DNA from: Planctomycetota bacterium
GTDB lineage: Bacteria; Planctomycetota; B15-G4; SIAN01
Assembly: GCA_031409275.1 (NCBI GenBank)
Contig: JANNXA010000034.1
Span: 150,120-214,119 of the forward strand
Length of the DNA: 64,000 nucleotides
Reading direction: 5' to 3'
Made by a program: the position numbers and the translations under genes. How positions within the stretch are numbered: the first letter of the stretch is position 1; the number at the start of each line of letters is the position of its first letter. Positions 32,080 through 41,267 of the stretch are shown piece after piece. The notes under the pieces are model-generated. The model made no database searches. It saw nothing but the letters and a program-made list of their open reading frames with translations, and was not told the origin of the DNA.

Positions 32080-32147
32080 GGGCGAGCCTCGGTCGGTGGC
32101 GCGGTGGCGGCGGGACGCCACGACCGAACGCCACGCCCACCGACCTT

Positions 32148-32163
32148 GGCAAGACGCATGCCG
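32148..32163 (-). promoter_or_regulatory. Sigma54 promoter
   Basis: CGGCATGCGTCTTGCC, about 69 nt upstream of 32079. Confidence 0.65.
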
Positions 32164-32166
32164 CCG

Positions 32167-32934
32167 TTACGGCGCGTCCGGAAAGTCGATCCTCATGCGC
32201 CCGTCGAGTCCGAGCGTGCCGACGAGCGAGAGCTCGCCGTCGCGGGTTCGGATCAGCTCGCGCGCGAGACGCAAGGCGAGGCGATGGGGGCGCGGGATCG
32301 CGCACGTGCCAGAAGCAGGCAGCGCTTCGAAGTCGATCGGAGCCAAGGGCTCCGACGCGGGGTCGGAAAAGCCGAGATCGAGGTGGACGCCGCCGGCGTC
32401 GCTGGTCGTCACGACCGCGGCCGTTGCGTGCTCCCGCGTCGCCAGGACCTTGTCCAGCATCAAGTAGGCGCGCCACGCGAACCCAACCACGGTCGGGTCG
32501 ATCTGCACGCGGTCGCTGCGAAGCGGGCCCTTCGCGCGCGACGGCGCGTTGCGTCGTGGCACCCATTCGCCCTCGAGTTCGGCGACGATGGTCTGCAGCA
32601 GCGCGTTCGGCTCGATGGCACTGGTTCCCGGACTCGACGCGGCTACCAGCGTCGCATCGAGGAGCAGCTGCAGCATTTCCGCGGTCTGCATTGCCTGGCT
32701 GCGGATCCGCGCGAGAAGATCGCGGCGCGCTTCGCCAGAGATCGACGGGGCTTCCTCGAGCACGGAGGCGCAGGTGACGATCGTGGAGAGGGGCGTCCGC
32801 AGGTCGTGTCCAAGCGACATGCGAACCTGCTCCATGAACGCGCGCAGCTGCGTGCGGCGGTCGGGGATCGGCGCCAAGGCTTTGAGCAACTGCGGGCTCC
32901 GTGGTGCGTTGGTGTGCCGATCGCGGGGCTTCAA
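32167..32934 (-). CDS. HisKA-domain protein with degenerate ATPase domain (pseudo-kinase)
   Basis: GHDLRTPL H-box intact; no N/G1/G2 boxes, only an LALRLARELIRTRDGEL remnant; TTGA overlap with the activator. Confidence 0.7.
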   Translation of the reverse strand: MKPRDRHTNAPRSPQLLKALAPIPDRRTQLRAFMEQVRMSLGHDLRTPLSTIVTCASVLEEAPSISGEARRDLLARIRSQAMQTAEMLQLLLDATLVAASSPGTSAIEPNALLQTIVAELEGEWVPRRNAPSRAKGPLRSDRVQIDPTVVGFAWRAYLMLDKVLATREHATAAVVTTSDAGGVHLDLGFSDPASEPLAPIDFEALPASGTCAIPRPHRLALRLARELIRTRDGELSLVGTLGLDGRMRIDFPDAP

Positions 32935-34322
32935 GGTGCTCCGGCGCGATATACGCTCAGTCGGTTGTAGAGCGTCTTGAGGCTGATCCCGAGCAATCGA
33001 GCAGCTGCTGGCTTGTCGCCATGAGCGTGATCGAGCGTCGCGACGATCAACTGCCGCTCGGCATCAGCGATCGAGGCACCGACTGCAATCGCAAGCGACG
33101 CACCAATCGGCGTCGGCGTCACCGGGATCGCTTGCGTTGCCTCGGCTTCGAGCGTCGTGTCGGCGAGGATCCATGCTCGGTAGACGGCGTTCTTCAACTC
33201 GCGCACGTTGCCGAGCCAGGCGCGCTCCGTCAGCGCTTCGAGCACGCCGTTTCCCCACTCCTTGTGGGTGCCGTGCGCGCGGTTCAACAGGTCGAGAAAG
33301 TGGATCGCCAGCGGCATCACGTCGGCGCGCCGATCGCGTAGCGGCGGCAGGTGGATCGGGAAGACGGCGAGGCGGAAGTAGAGGTCCTCGCGCAGGCGGC
33401 CGTCGCGAATCGCCTCGAGCAGATCGCGGTTCGTCGCGGCCAGAACGCGCACGCTCACGGCGAACTCTTCGGCACCACCGACGCGCTGCAGGCGGCCACT
33501 TTCCAGCACGCGCAGCAGCTTCACCTGTGCCTGCAGCGGCATCTCGGTGATCTCGTCGAGGAAGAGCGTGCCACCGTCCGCACGCTCGAAGCACCCGCGA
33601 CGCAGCTTGTCGGCGCCGGTGAAGCTGCCGCGCTCGTGGCCGAACAGTTCGCTCTCGATCAGCGTCTCGGGAATGGCTCCGCAATTGACGGCGATGAGCT
33701 TTCCCGCCGCCCGGCTGCTCGAGTCGTGAATGGCCTGCGCGATCACTTCCTTGCCAGTGCCGCTCTCGCCGCTGATCAGGACGCTCGCTTCGGTCGGTGC
33801 GATGCGTGCGACTTGTTCGAGCACCGCCTGCATCGCGCGCGAGTTGGCCACCACCGGTCCGCCTGCGCGATGGGCGAGCAGCTTGGTGCGCAGCTCGATC
33901 ACCTCACGCTTCAACGCACGCGTACGACGCAGCTGGGCGAGCGTGCTCTTCAGTTTGACGCGATCGACCGGCTTGGTGAGGTAGTCGAACGCACCGCCTT
34001 TCAGTGCATCGACGGCCGAGTCGACGGTTGCATGCCCGGTGATCACGACGAACTCGGCGCTGCCGTTGCGTGAGGTTTCGAGCAGAACGCTGCCGTCGCC
34101 GTCGGGGAGTTCGAGATCGGCGAGGATGGCGTCGAACGTGGTCTTTGCCAGCGCGGCGCGTGCGGCAGCGCAACTGGCGACTCCCGTCACCGAAAAACCC
34201 TGCTGTTCGAGCAGCAAACTCAGGCTGCTGCGGAAGTCGGAATCGTCTTCTACGACGAGCAGCGCGAGAGAGGGCTCGCAAGCGCGCTCGGTCGCGATGA
34301 GCGCTTTGGCGGTGGTGGCCAT
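32931..34322 (-). CDS. Sigma54-dependent response regulator (NtrC/AtoC family: REC-AAA+-Fis HTH)
   Basis: VVEDD, ADLELPD, GESGTGKE, GSFTGA, FLDEI, GNVREL, LGISLKTLY. Confidence 0.95.
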   Translation of the reverse strand: MATTAKALIATERACEPSLALLVVEDDSDFRSSLSLLLEQQGFSVTGVASCAAARAALAKTTFDAILADLELPDGDGSVLLETSRNGSAEFVVITGHATVDSAVDALKGGAFDYLTKPVDRVKLKSTLAQLRRTRALKREVIELRTKLLAHRAGGPVVANSRAMQAVLEQVARIAPTEASVLISGESGTGKEVIAQAIHDSSSRAAGKLIAVNCGAIPETLIESELFGHERGSFTGADKLRRGCFERADGGTLFLDEITEMPLQAQVKLLRVLESGRLQRVGGAEEFAVSVRVLAATNRDLLEAIRDGRLREDLYFRLAVFPIHLPPLRDRRADVMPLAIHFLDLLNRAHGTHKEWGNGVLEALTERAWLGNVRELKNAVYRAWILADTTLEAEATQAIPVTPTPIGASLAIAVGASIADAERQLIVATLDHAHGDKPAAARLLGISLKTLYNRLSVYRAGAP

Positions 34323-34468
34323 GGGAAGAAACTCCTGCGAGCGACCGGGAATCGGCGTGCGAGCGCGTGCCGAACGCAGGCGGAGAGTAATTGCACCAAC
34401 CCTCGCGCAGTTGAACAATCGCTCGTGAGAAGTCGGAGCAATCGTCGTGCAGGCCGGTCGGATCCAAG

Positions 34469-34484
34469 TGGTACGTGCCTTGCC
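34469..34484 (+). promoter_or_regulatory. Sigma54 promoter
   Basis: TGGTACGTGCCTTGCC, about 32 nt upstream of 34516. Confidence 0.65.
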
Positions 34485-34515
34485 ATCCGGCGGGACAGGT
34501 CGTCGGCGGCGGGCC

Positions 34516-34827
34516 ATGGTTCCGGGCGCCGACCGAGCGACCGTGGAGGACGACTTGCCCGAACGCCCGATCGACGACCCACGACGCCCCGATTCAGACT
34601 TGCGTCGATCGGCGCGGCGGGTGGTCGAGGACGTCGAAGCCCTCGGAGGCGTCGTGGCCAGGCGGGTCACCGATGGCGCGCGCCGCGCGGTGGCGGCAGA
34701 CGGCGCAAAGCCCAAGTCGTTTCGTCGGCGGGCGCACGCTTTCGTCATCGCGGAGCCATTGGTGGCGCTCTTCGCCGCGGTCGTGACCAGCGTGCTGCTC
34801 GCCCTCGGCATCTGGTGGTTGCTCTGA
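34516..34827 (+). CDS. Small protein with C-terminal TM anchor (DUF883-like layout)
   Basis: Amphipathic helix followed by EPLVALFAAVVTSVLLALGIWWLL. Confidence 0.55.
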   Translation: MVPGADRATVEDDLPERPIDDPRRPDSDLRRSARRVVEDVEALGGVVARRVTDGARRAVAADGAKPKSFRRRAHAFVIAEPLVALFAAVVTSVLLALGIWWLL

Positions 34828-35185
34828 GCGCCGACCGGCCGAGCTGACTCGAAGTTCACATCAAGTCACCGCACGCTCCGCGGAACCGCCGCGTCGAGCC
34901 CGCGATTCTTCGCGTTGCGCAGCCCCCGTCTCCCGCCGCCCCGCATCGCGAGCTCGGAGCGAGGAGCCTGGCGACGTGTGTCGTCGACGACGACCCAACA
35001 GCACGATTCCCAGCCATCGGAGCGGCAGCTCGTTGCACGACTCGCTGAGCAGGCGAGGCGTCGTCGTGCGTGATTCGAGACACACAAAAATCCATCGCCG
35101 CCTTCGGTCACAGTTCGCGAACAGCGAACGGCGCACGAAAGCGGCGATGGCACATCCAAATCAAGCGGCGACAGGCGTCACCGCA

Positions 35186-36676
35186 TCAGGGGGCGATTGC
35201 TTCCAGGGCATTGCTCGCCGAGAAGTTCTTCACGCCGGCCGGATCGATGATCCAGGCCTGCAGATAGAACGTGTCGCCGGTGGTGGCATCGCTCGGCCAG
35301 GTGTCCTGGAACGTGAAGCCGCCGTTGCCGTCGAGCACGCACGGCAGGATGGCGTTCAGCGCCGGCACGAAGGTGCCGCCGGCGAAGGACGCGTCGATCC
35401 GGCTCACGCCGACGATCAGGAACGCGGTGGCGTTTGGCAGTCCGTTGCCGATGACGGCGGTTGTCGTCGACAGGGGCTCCAGAGTTCCGATGCCCAGCAG
35501 CGTCGGCAGCCCGGTGGAACCGGCGAGAGCGAATCCGAGGTCGGAGAAGGCCGAGACCGCCGAGTTCACCAGCACCGAGATGCTGTTGCCCGATTCATTG
35601 GTGGTGACCAGGTCGACCGATCCGTCTCGGTCGAGGTCGCCCATCGCGAGGTGGCCGGGATCCGTTCCGGTCACGAAGATCTGCGCGAGGCCGAACGAGC
35701 CGGCGCCGTCGTTCGCGAACGTCGTCAGATTGCTCGAGTTCTCGTTCACGACCGCGATGTCCATGTCGTAGTCGAGGTCGAAGTCGCCGGCGATGACCGC
35801 GCTGGGGTCGGTGCCGGTCGTCGGATAGTTGATGCCGCCGGCGAAGACGCCTGCGGAGGTCTGGATGAAGATCGTCATCCGGTTGAGGCCGCTGTCGGAG
35901 CCGGCCGAGATGAGGTCGTTGTCGCCGTCACCGTCGAGGTCGCTGGCGAAGACGCCTTCCGGCTTGAGCGGCGCCATCTGCAGCGAAGCGGCGGCGGCGA
36001 ATACGCCGTTCCCGTCGTTCATCAGCATGAAGATCGCCTCGGAGTCGTGGGCCGCGGCCGAGAGGTCGAGGTCGCCGTCTCCGTCGAGATCGGACGGGCA
36101 GAGCGCGCGGGTGTCGAGTCCGGCGGGGAACGCCGCAGCGGCACCGAAGAGTCCAGCGCTGGTCTGCAGCAGCACGTCGACCTTGCCGCTATCGCGGCAG
36201 GACGCCGCCAGATCGATGCTGGCGTCGGGATCGAAGCGGCCGACCACGACGTAAGTCACACCGTGGCTCACCGGGTAGCTCGCGCCGAGAGTGAAGGAGC
36301 CGCTGCCCTGATTGATGACCACGAGCAGCTGGTCCTGGCCGTACAGCGCCACGACCAGGTCGAGGTCGAGGTCGCCGTCGAAGTCCGCGCAGGCGATTCC
36401 CTTCGGCGAGCTGCTGCTCGGCAAGTTGACGTCGTTGCCCGCGCCGAAGGTGCCGGTGCCGTCGTTCACGAGGATGGTCACCCGGTCGGGGCCATCGCTG
36501 GTGATGGCGAGATCGAGATCTCCGTCGCCGTCGAAGTCGCCGACCGTCGTCTGATCGGGCGTCGAGGTGACCTGGACGTCGACGTGGGGAGCGAACGCGA
36601 TCTGGCCGGCTGCGTAGCCTCCGACCGCGATTGCGGCGATCGACGCGATGCCGATCGCCGGCAGAAGTTTGGTCAT
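35186..36676 (-). CDS. Secreted FG-GAP/VCBS repeat protein
   Basis: Seven GDFDGDGDLD-type repeats, signal peptide, C-terminal beta domain. Confidence 0.88.
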   Translation of the reverse strand: MTKLLPAIGIASIAAIAVGGYAAGQIAFAPHVDVQVTSTPDQTTVGDFDGDGDLDLAITSDGPDRVTILVNDGTGTFGAGNDVNLPSSSSPKGIACADFDGDLDLDLVVALYGQDQLLVVINQGSGSFTLGASYPVSHGVTYVVVGRFDPDASIDLAASCRDSGKVDVLLQTSAGLFGAAAAFPAGLDTRALCPSDLDGDGDLDLSAAAHDSEAIFMLMNDGNGVFAAAASLQMAPLKPEGVFASDLDGDGDNDLISAGSDSGLNRMTIFIQTSAGVFAGGINYPTTGTDPSAVIAGDFDLDYDMDIAVVNENSSNLTTFANDGAGSFGLAQIFVTGTDPGHLAMGDLDRDGSVDLVTTNESGNSISVLVNSAVSAFSDLGFALAGSTGLPTLLGIGTLEPLSTTTAVIGNGLPNATAFLIVGVSRIDASFAGGTFVPALNAILPCVLDGNGGFTFQDTWPSDATTGDTFYLQAWIIDPAGVKNFSASNALEAIAP

Positions 36677-36767
36677 AGACGTGATTCCATGGGTGTAGAA
36701 ACGCGCCGACCAGTCGGCATGAAACGAAGTCTCCGACGAATTCCGTCGACGCGCATGGCTGCGGCAT

Positions 36768-36783
36768 TGCAAGCGTCATGCCT
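36768..36783 (-). promoter_or_regulatory. Sigma54 promoter
   Basis: AGGCATGACGCTTGCA, about 92 nt upstream of 36676. Confidence 0.7.
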
Positions 36784-37013
36784 GCGGCCAGCGCCGCGCG
36801 CCTCGTGGTTCACCTGGACGGGGGGACCAGCCTTCGGTCGCCCGGTGCGTCGGGAGTGCGCGGACGACTCGATCGACACCTCCCCGCTCGCGACGTCCGA
36901 TCGGAGCGGTTCATCGCGCACGACGCGTCACGCCGTCGACGTCGGCATGTCGTGGCTCGACGAAGGCTCGGCCGAGGCGGCGCCCAGAGAATGCGGTCGC
37001 CCCCGGCGGCAGA

Positions 37014-37029
37014 CGGCTCGGCGGTTGCG
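37014..37029 (+). promoter_or_regulatory. Sigma54 promoter
   Basis: CGGCTCGGCGGTTGCG, about 81 nt upstream of 37110. Confidence 0.5.
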
Positions 37030-37109
37030 GATTCCGCAGGGCATCCACCCGACGCCGCGCCGCCCCGTCTCTCGCCGCGAGCGCGATGGGACCACTTGTA
37101 GAAAACTCC

Positions 37110-38900
37110 ATGCCTTACCCCCGTCTGCTGATGCTCGCCGCTGTCGTGATCGTGGTTGCGGCGCTCTACCTGGCGCAGACGGTCCTGATGCCGGTCGCGA
37201 TGGCGATCTTCCTCAGCTTCGTGCTTTCGCCGCTGGTCACGTGGCTGGAGCGTTTTCACCTGGCGCGCGGCGCGTCGGTTTTCTGCGTTGCCTTGCTCGC
37301 CTTCACCGTCATCGGTGCGGCGGGTTGGTTCGTGGCGCGGCAAGCGGTCGACCTCGTCACGCGGCTTCCGGAATATCACGCGAATCTCGACGCCAAGCTG
37401 GCGTTGGTCCGCGATCGAATCCATGCGCCGCTCAAGCGCGCGAGCGACGCCGTCCACGAGTTCGAGCGGAGCGCGATGGGAAACGCCCCCGCGCACGTCT
37501 CCACCGTCGCGAACGATCCGGCGCCTCTCGCCGTGGCCGAGGAGCCGTCGCCCATTCTTGGATGGACCGCTGGCGGCATCGGAGCGCTCGTCTCCGTGCT
37601 CGGCACCGCGGGCGTCGTCGTGCTGCTCGTCGCCATGATGCTGGTGCAACGCGGCGACCTGCGCGACCGGTTCGTCGCTCTCGCCGCTGGCGGAGTCGTG
37701 GCGACGACGCAGGCGCTCGACGAGGCCGCGTCGCGCCTGAGCCGCTACCTCCTCGCGCTCACGGCGATCAATGCCGCGCACGGGACTGCGGTCGGCGCGG
37801 GCCTCTGGCTGATCGGAGTTCCGAACAGCCTGCTGTGGGGGCTGATGGCCGCCGTCCTGCGCTTCATTCCCTACGCCGGTCCTTGGATCGCCGCCGCGGT
37901 TCCGCTCCTCTTCTCGTTCGCGATCAGCGACAACTTCATGGTGCCGATGCTGACGCTCGGGCTGTTCGCGGCGCTCGAGCTCTTGACGAACCTCGTCGTC
38001 GAGCCGCTCGTGCTTCCGAATCGCATCGGAGTCTCGGCGACGGCGCTGGTGGTGAGCGTGGTCTTCTGGACATGGCTCTGGGGAGCGCCAGGCCTCGTGC
38101 TCGCGGTGCCGCTCACCGTCTGCGTCGCGGTGATGGGAAATCACATCCCGCGGATGCGTTTCCTGTCCACGATTCTCGGCGACCAGTCCGTCCTCTCGGC
38201 GTCGTTGCGTCTCTACCAGCGCCTGATCGTGGGCGAAGCCGAGGAGGCGTGGAATCTGGTCGCTGCAGAGCGGAAGGACGGCCTGTCCGTGCTCGAAAGC
38301 TGCGACTCGCTGTTGGTACCGGCACTCTGTCTCGCGCAGCGCGATCGGCTCGATCTCGTGATCGACGAGTCCACGTTGATCAAGGTGGCCGACCGCGCTC
38401 GCGAACTGGCCGAGGAGATGGCGGATCGTCGCGATTCGAGTGAGCCGGCCGTCGTGATTCGCGATCCGTTGCGCGTCGTCTGCGTTGCGGCGGGCAAGGA
38501 GGTGGACGGGGCTGTCGCCGAGATGCTGGGCACCATCCTGCGGCACACGGGCATCGACGCGGTCGTGCTGCCTCACGGCACGCTGGTCGGCGAGGTGTTG
38601 GCGCTGATCGCCTCGACGCGCGCCCAGGCGGTCTGCCTCTCGCAGTTGCCGCCGCTTTCCTACAGCCGCCTTCGCTACCTCAGCAAGCGGATCGCCGAGC
38701 GCTTCCCCGCGCTGCCGATCCTGGTCGGCACATGGACCGTGAGCCTCGATCCGACGCGTTTCCACCAACGTCTCGAGTGCGATGGCGGCATCGAGGTGGC
38801 AGGGTCGATCGCCGAGATGCTCGAACAGATCCAGAGGGTCGCCGCTCGTGTGCGCCCGGAGGCGTCGCCCCCGGCCGCGTTGCTGTCCAGCACCGGCTGA
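37110..38900 (+). CDS. AI-2E family transporter with cytoplasmic C-terminal domain
   Basis: LRFIPYAGP, VEPLV, WTWLWGAPGLVLAVPLT; multiple TM helices. Confidence 0.9.
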   Translation: MPYPRLLMLAAVVIVVAALYLAQTVLMPVAMAIFLSFVLSPLVTWLERFHLARGASVFCVALLAFTVIGAAGWFVARQAVDLVTRLPEYHANLDAKLALVRDRIHAPLKRASDAVHEFERSAMGNAPAHVSTVANDPAPLAVAEEPSPILGWTAGGIGALVSVLGTAGVVVLLVAMMLVQRGDLRDRFVALAAGGVVATTQALDEAASRLSRYLLALTAINAAHGTAVGAGLWLIGVPNSLLWGLMAAVLRFIPYAGPWIAAAVPLLFSFAISDNFMVPMLTLGLFAALELLTNLVVEPLVLPNRIGVSATALVVSVVFWTWLWGAPGLVLAVPLTVCVAVMGNHIPRMRFLSTILGDQSVLSASLRLYQRLIVGEAEEAWNLVAAERKDGLSVLESCDSLLVPALCLAQRDRLDLVIDESTLIKVADRARELAEEMADRRDSSEPAVVIRDPLRVVCVAAGKEVDGAVAEMLGTILRHTGIDAVVLPHGTLVGEVLALIASTRAQAVCLSQLPPLSYSRLRYLSKRIAERFPALPILVGTWTVSLDPTRFHQRLECDGGIEVAGSIAEMLEQIQRVAARVRPEASPPAALLSSTG

Positions 38901-38930
38901 GAGAGAGGGCGGCGGCCGAGAGGTCCGAAC

Positions 38931-39212
38931 TCAGATGACGATCAAGACGAGCACGAGCGCAAGGACGACGACGGCAGCGACGCCGATGCCGCCAAGGGAG
39001 GCGCCGTTGTGGCCGCCAGCGAAGTCGCGAAGTTCTGCGGCCGTCGATTCGCGAACAGCGTAGGCGACTTCCTCTGCGAGCGTGGCATCCGTCGGGGTGT
39101 CGGTGCGGACGACCGAAGCGGCAACGACGTCGTCAGGGGCGGAGGCATGCGCGAAGGGCGTCGCCGCGGCTGCGCTGAGGATCGATGCGAGGAGGAGGCG
39201 AGCGAGGGTCAT
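38931..39212 (-). CDS. Small secreted protein with ELRDFAGG motif and C-terminal TM helix (PA2779-like layout)
   Basis: ATGA overlap with the C39 gene; GGAG RBS; signal peptide; 93 aa. Confidence 0.7.
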   Translation of the reverse strand: MTLARLLLASILSAAAATPFAHASAPDDVVAASVVRTDTPTDATLAEEVAYAVRESTAAELRDFAGGHNGASLGGIGVAAVVVLALVLVLIVI

Positions 39213-39835
39213 GGTGAGATCTCCGACGAGTGCATGTCCACCGCGTTCGAGGTCGTCCGAGTTGATGGCCGCAGGAAGACCATCGAAAGGCGGCCGGCCG
39301 GCTCCCACTCGTCGAGGAAGCCGCCGAATGTGTAGTTCTGCCAACCGCGTGCCGGATCGAGCGTCACGACACGGTCGTTGGCGCGACTGACGCCAACGAC
39401 GACGGCGTAGTGCGTCCATTCCGCGTCTGACCACCTCTGCTTCAGCCCGACCACCAGCGGTCGGCCGTGTGCGAGCTCGTGCTCGAGGTCGGCGAACTCT
39501 CCGCGAATGATCCACGCCGACAATTCGTGGGCACGGGCGAGGTCACGCAGCGCCACGGCGCGGACGCCGACTCCTTCCGTCGGCGGGCAGGCGACGCGCA
39601 CCTCCTCACGACCGACGGGGATCCGCCAGTACGCGAAGATCATCGCGAGTGCCGCGCTGCCGCAGTCTTCACGACCGATCTGCGCGACGAACGGAACCCC
39701 TTCGACGGCGGTCAGGCCGCAGTCGGTCCGCAATTCCGCGGGGGCGGCGCTCGTCGCACTGCCGAGATAGGTGGCGGTGCAGCCGGCGAGCAACGGCAGC
39801 GAAACGGCCAGGAGTGACGCGGCGAGGCGATGCAC
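39209..39835 (-). CDS. C39-family cysteine peptidase lipoprotein (PA2778-like)
   Basis: Lipobox LAGC; QIGREDCGSAALAM, HYAVVVG, LDPARG (Q/C/H/D). Confidence 0.88.
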   Translation of the reverse strand: MHRLAASLLAVSLPLLAGCTATYLGSATSAAPAELRTDCGLTAVEGVPFVAQIGREDCGSAALAMIFAYWRIPVGREEVRVACPPTEGVGVRAVALRDLARAHELSAWIIRGEFADLEHELAHGRPLVVGLKQRWSDAEWTHYAVVVGVSRANDRVVTLDPARGWQNYTFGGFLDEWEPAGRLSMVFLRPSTRTTSNAVDMHSSEISP

Positions 39836-39838
39836 GCG

Positions 39839-40105
39839 TCAGCGCCGTGAACGGGCGCGAGCCCGCGCGTCGAGGGCGATGCGTCCCGGCATCGACGGTC
39901 CACGCAGCGAATCGCGCAGGAGGACGCCTTGCACGATCAGCGGAACGATGAGCCATCGCCTGTGCCCGAGCAGCCCCACGGCGATCCCGAGCAGGGAGAT
40001 CGCAGAGGAGTGAGTCCGCAGGCGACGCTCGTCGTTCCGCTCGTTGTCATCCGCGCGCATCCGGGCGTCGCGATTCTCGATCGCAGCGGGGGTTCGCGCT
40101 TTCAT
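39839..40105 (-). CDS. Small membrane protein (DUF2892-like)
   Basis: LLGIAVGLLGHRRWLIVPLIVQG. Confidence 0.45.
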   Translation of the reverse strand: MKARTPAAIENRDARMRADDNERNDERRLRTHSSAISLLGIAVGLLGHRRWLIVPLIVQGVLLRDSLRGPSMPGRIALDARARARSRR

Positions 40106-40109
40106 TCGC

Positions 40110-40511
40110 TCAGCAACCCGGGTTCTTCGGCGCCGCGGGGTTCGCAGGATTCGCGCCCTTCTTCATGTCGCTGCCGCCGTCGGACTTCGAGGGTGAGTCG
40201 CAGCACTCGCCGTCCTTCTCCATGTTCTTCGGGCTGGTCGACGCGTTCGACGCCGGCGCGAGCTTGATGCTGCCGCCGAGGACTGGCCGCGACTGGTCGA
40301 TCTTCTTGTCGCTGTCCTTGCGCTCGTTGTGCGTGTCGTTGTTGCCGCGCGAGGGCTCGTCGATCATCCGCTTCGATTCGTTCCGACGGCCGTCCTTCTG
40401 GGCGTCCTTCGGTGGGGCGAGCGGCGGTGTGTTCTTCGGGGCCGTCGGAGGAACACTCGACGGGGCGACTGGAGTATCGAATCGCGGGTTCGGAGCGTCA
40501 GGAGTCGTCAT
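40110..40511 (-). CDS. Hydrophilic low-complexity protein
   Basis: Pro/Lys/Asp-rich ORF; probably leads the operon toward the C39 gene. Confidence 0.5.
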   Translation of the reverse strand: MTTPDAPNPRFDTPVAPSSVPPTAPKNTPPLAPPKDAQKDGRRNESKRMIDEPSRGNNDTHNERKDSDKKIDQSRPVLGGSIKLAPASNASTSPKNMEKDGECCDSPSKSDGGSDMKKGANPANPAAPKNPGC

Positions 40512-40662
40512 TGTGAGGAGCTTTCTGTGTGAATCGAGGCCCGGAAATACGGGCTCGATGTAGGTGTCTTCAAGTCGTTTGAACGATTGGACGTGTGAAG
40601 CGATCGACCAAGCCGGATCCGTTTCGTGGGTCCGCAACGAACTGCGCTGCGGCTCGACCGCG

Positions 40663-40875
40663 TCAGGTGGATCGTCGAGTGGAAGACAGTTTCGTGAGGC
40701 CGATGGCAGCCGCGATCACGCCGACCAGCAGCATCCAGATCGACTTGTCGCTTGGCGCTCCCTGGAAGAAGCGCGAGAAGCGCGACGAAAGCGAGTCGCC
40801 CGCTTCGATTCCGTAGAAGATCAATGCCGCACCCACCAGCAGCAGCACCAGACCGACGATTCTTCCGTTCGACAT
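40663..40875 (-). CDS. DUF3185 family protein
   Basis: RIVGLVLLLVG...SRFSRFFQGAPSDKSIWMLLVG. Confidence 0.85.
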   Translation of the reverse strand: MSNGRIVGLVLLLVGAALIFYGIEAGDSLSSRFSRFFQGAPSDKSIWMLLVGVIAAAIGLTKLSSTRRST

Positions 40876-40921
40876 CGCATGTCATCCAATTTGAAAGCGT
40901 TCGTGTTCTTCCACGAACAAA

Positions 40922-40937
40922 CGCAACTCGCTTGCCA
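40922..40937 (-). promoter_or_regulatory. Sigma54 promoter
   Basis: TGGCAAGCGAGTTGCG, about 47 nt upstream of 40875. Confidence 0.7.
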
Positions 40938-41017
40938 TCGTCGATCGGGTGCGGGATCGAAGACGAAAGGCGAAGCGTTCGGCCGTGCGACTCGCTCGGA
41001 AACTGCGCCGCGCGCGA

Positions 41018-41033
41018 CGGCCCATCGATTGCA
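41018..41033 (+). promoter_or_regulatory. Sigma54 promoter
   Basis: CGGCCCATCGATTGCA, about 55 nt upstream of 41088. Confidence 0.55.
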
Positions 41034-41087
41034 ACCCGGGCGGAGACCACGAGTCGCCATCTTGCGACCGGGTCAGGGGCCGTACCG

Positions 41088-41267
41088 ATGAGTCGTCGAG
41101 CGCGAGGCATTCCCGACGGTCCGGGCAAACCGCCGAACCCAGCGCCTGAGCCGCCGATCCGCCCGGAAGAGCGGCCGGTCGAGCGGCCGTACGAGACCCC
41201 GCCGGTGCCGCCGCAGCCGACGGACGACCCGCTTCCCGAAGAGCCGCCAATCTCGCCGAGCTTCTGA
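41088..41267 (+). CDS. Small proline-rich protein
   Basis: PPNPAPEPPIRPEE...PISPSF; preceded by a sigma54 site. Confidence 0.45.
   Translation: MSRRARGIPDGPGKPPNPAPEPPIRPEERPVERPYETPPVPPQPTDDPLPEEPPISPSF

Noticed and set aside
34356..34372. Sigma54-like CGGCACGCGCTCGCA upstream of the activator gene
   Set aside because: GG-to-GC spacing is 9 nt, not the required 10
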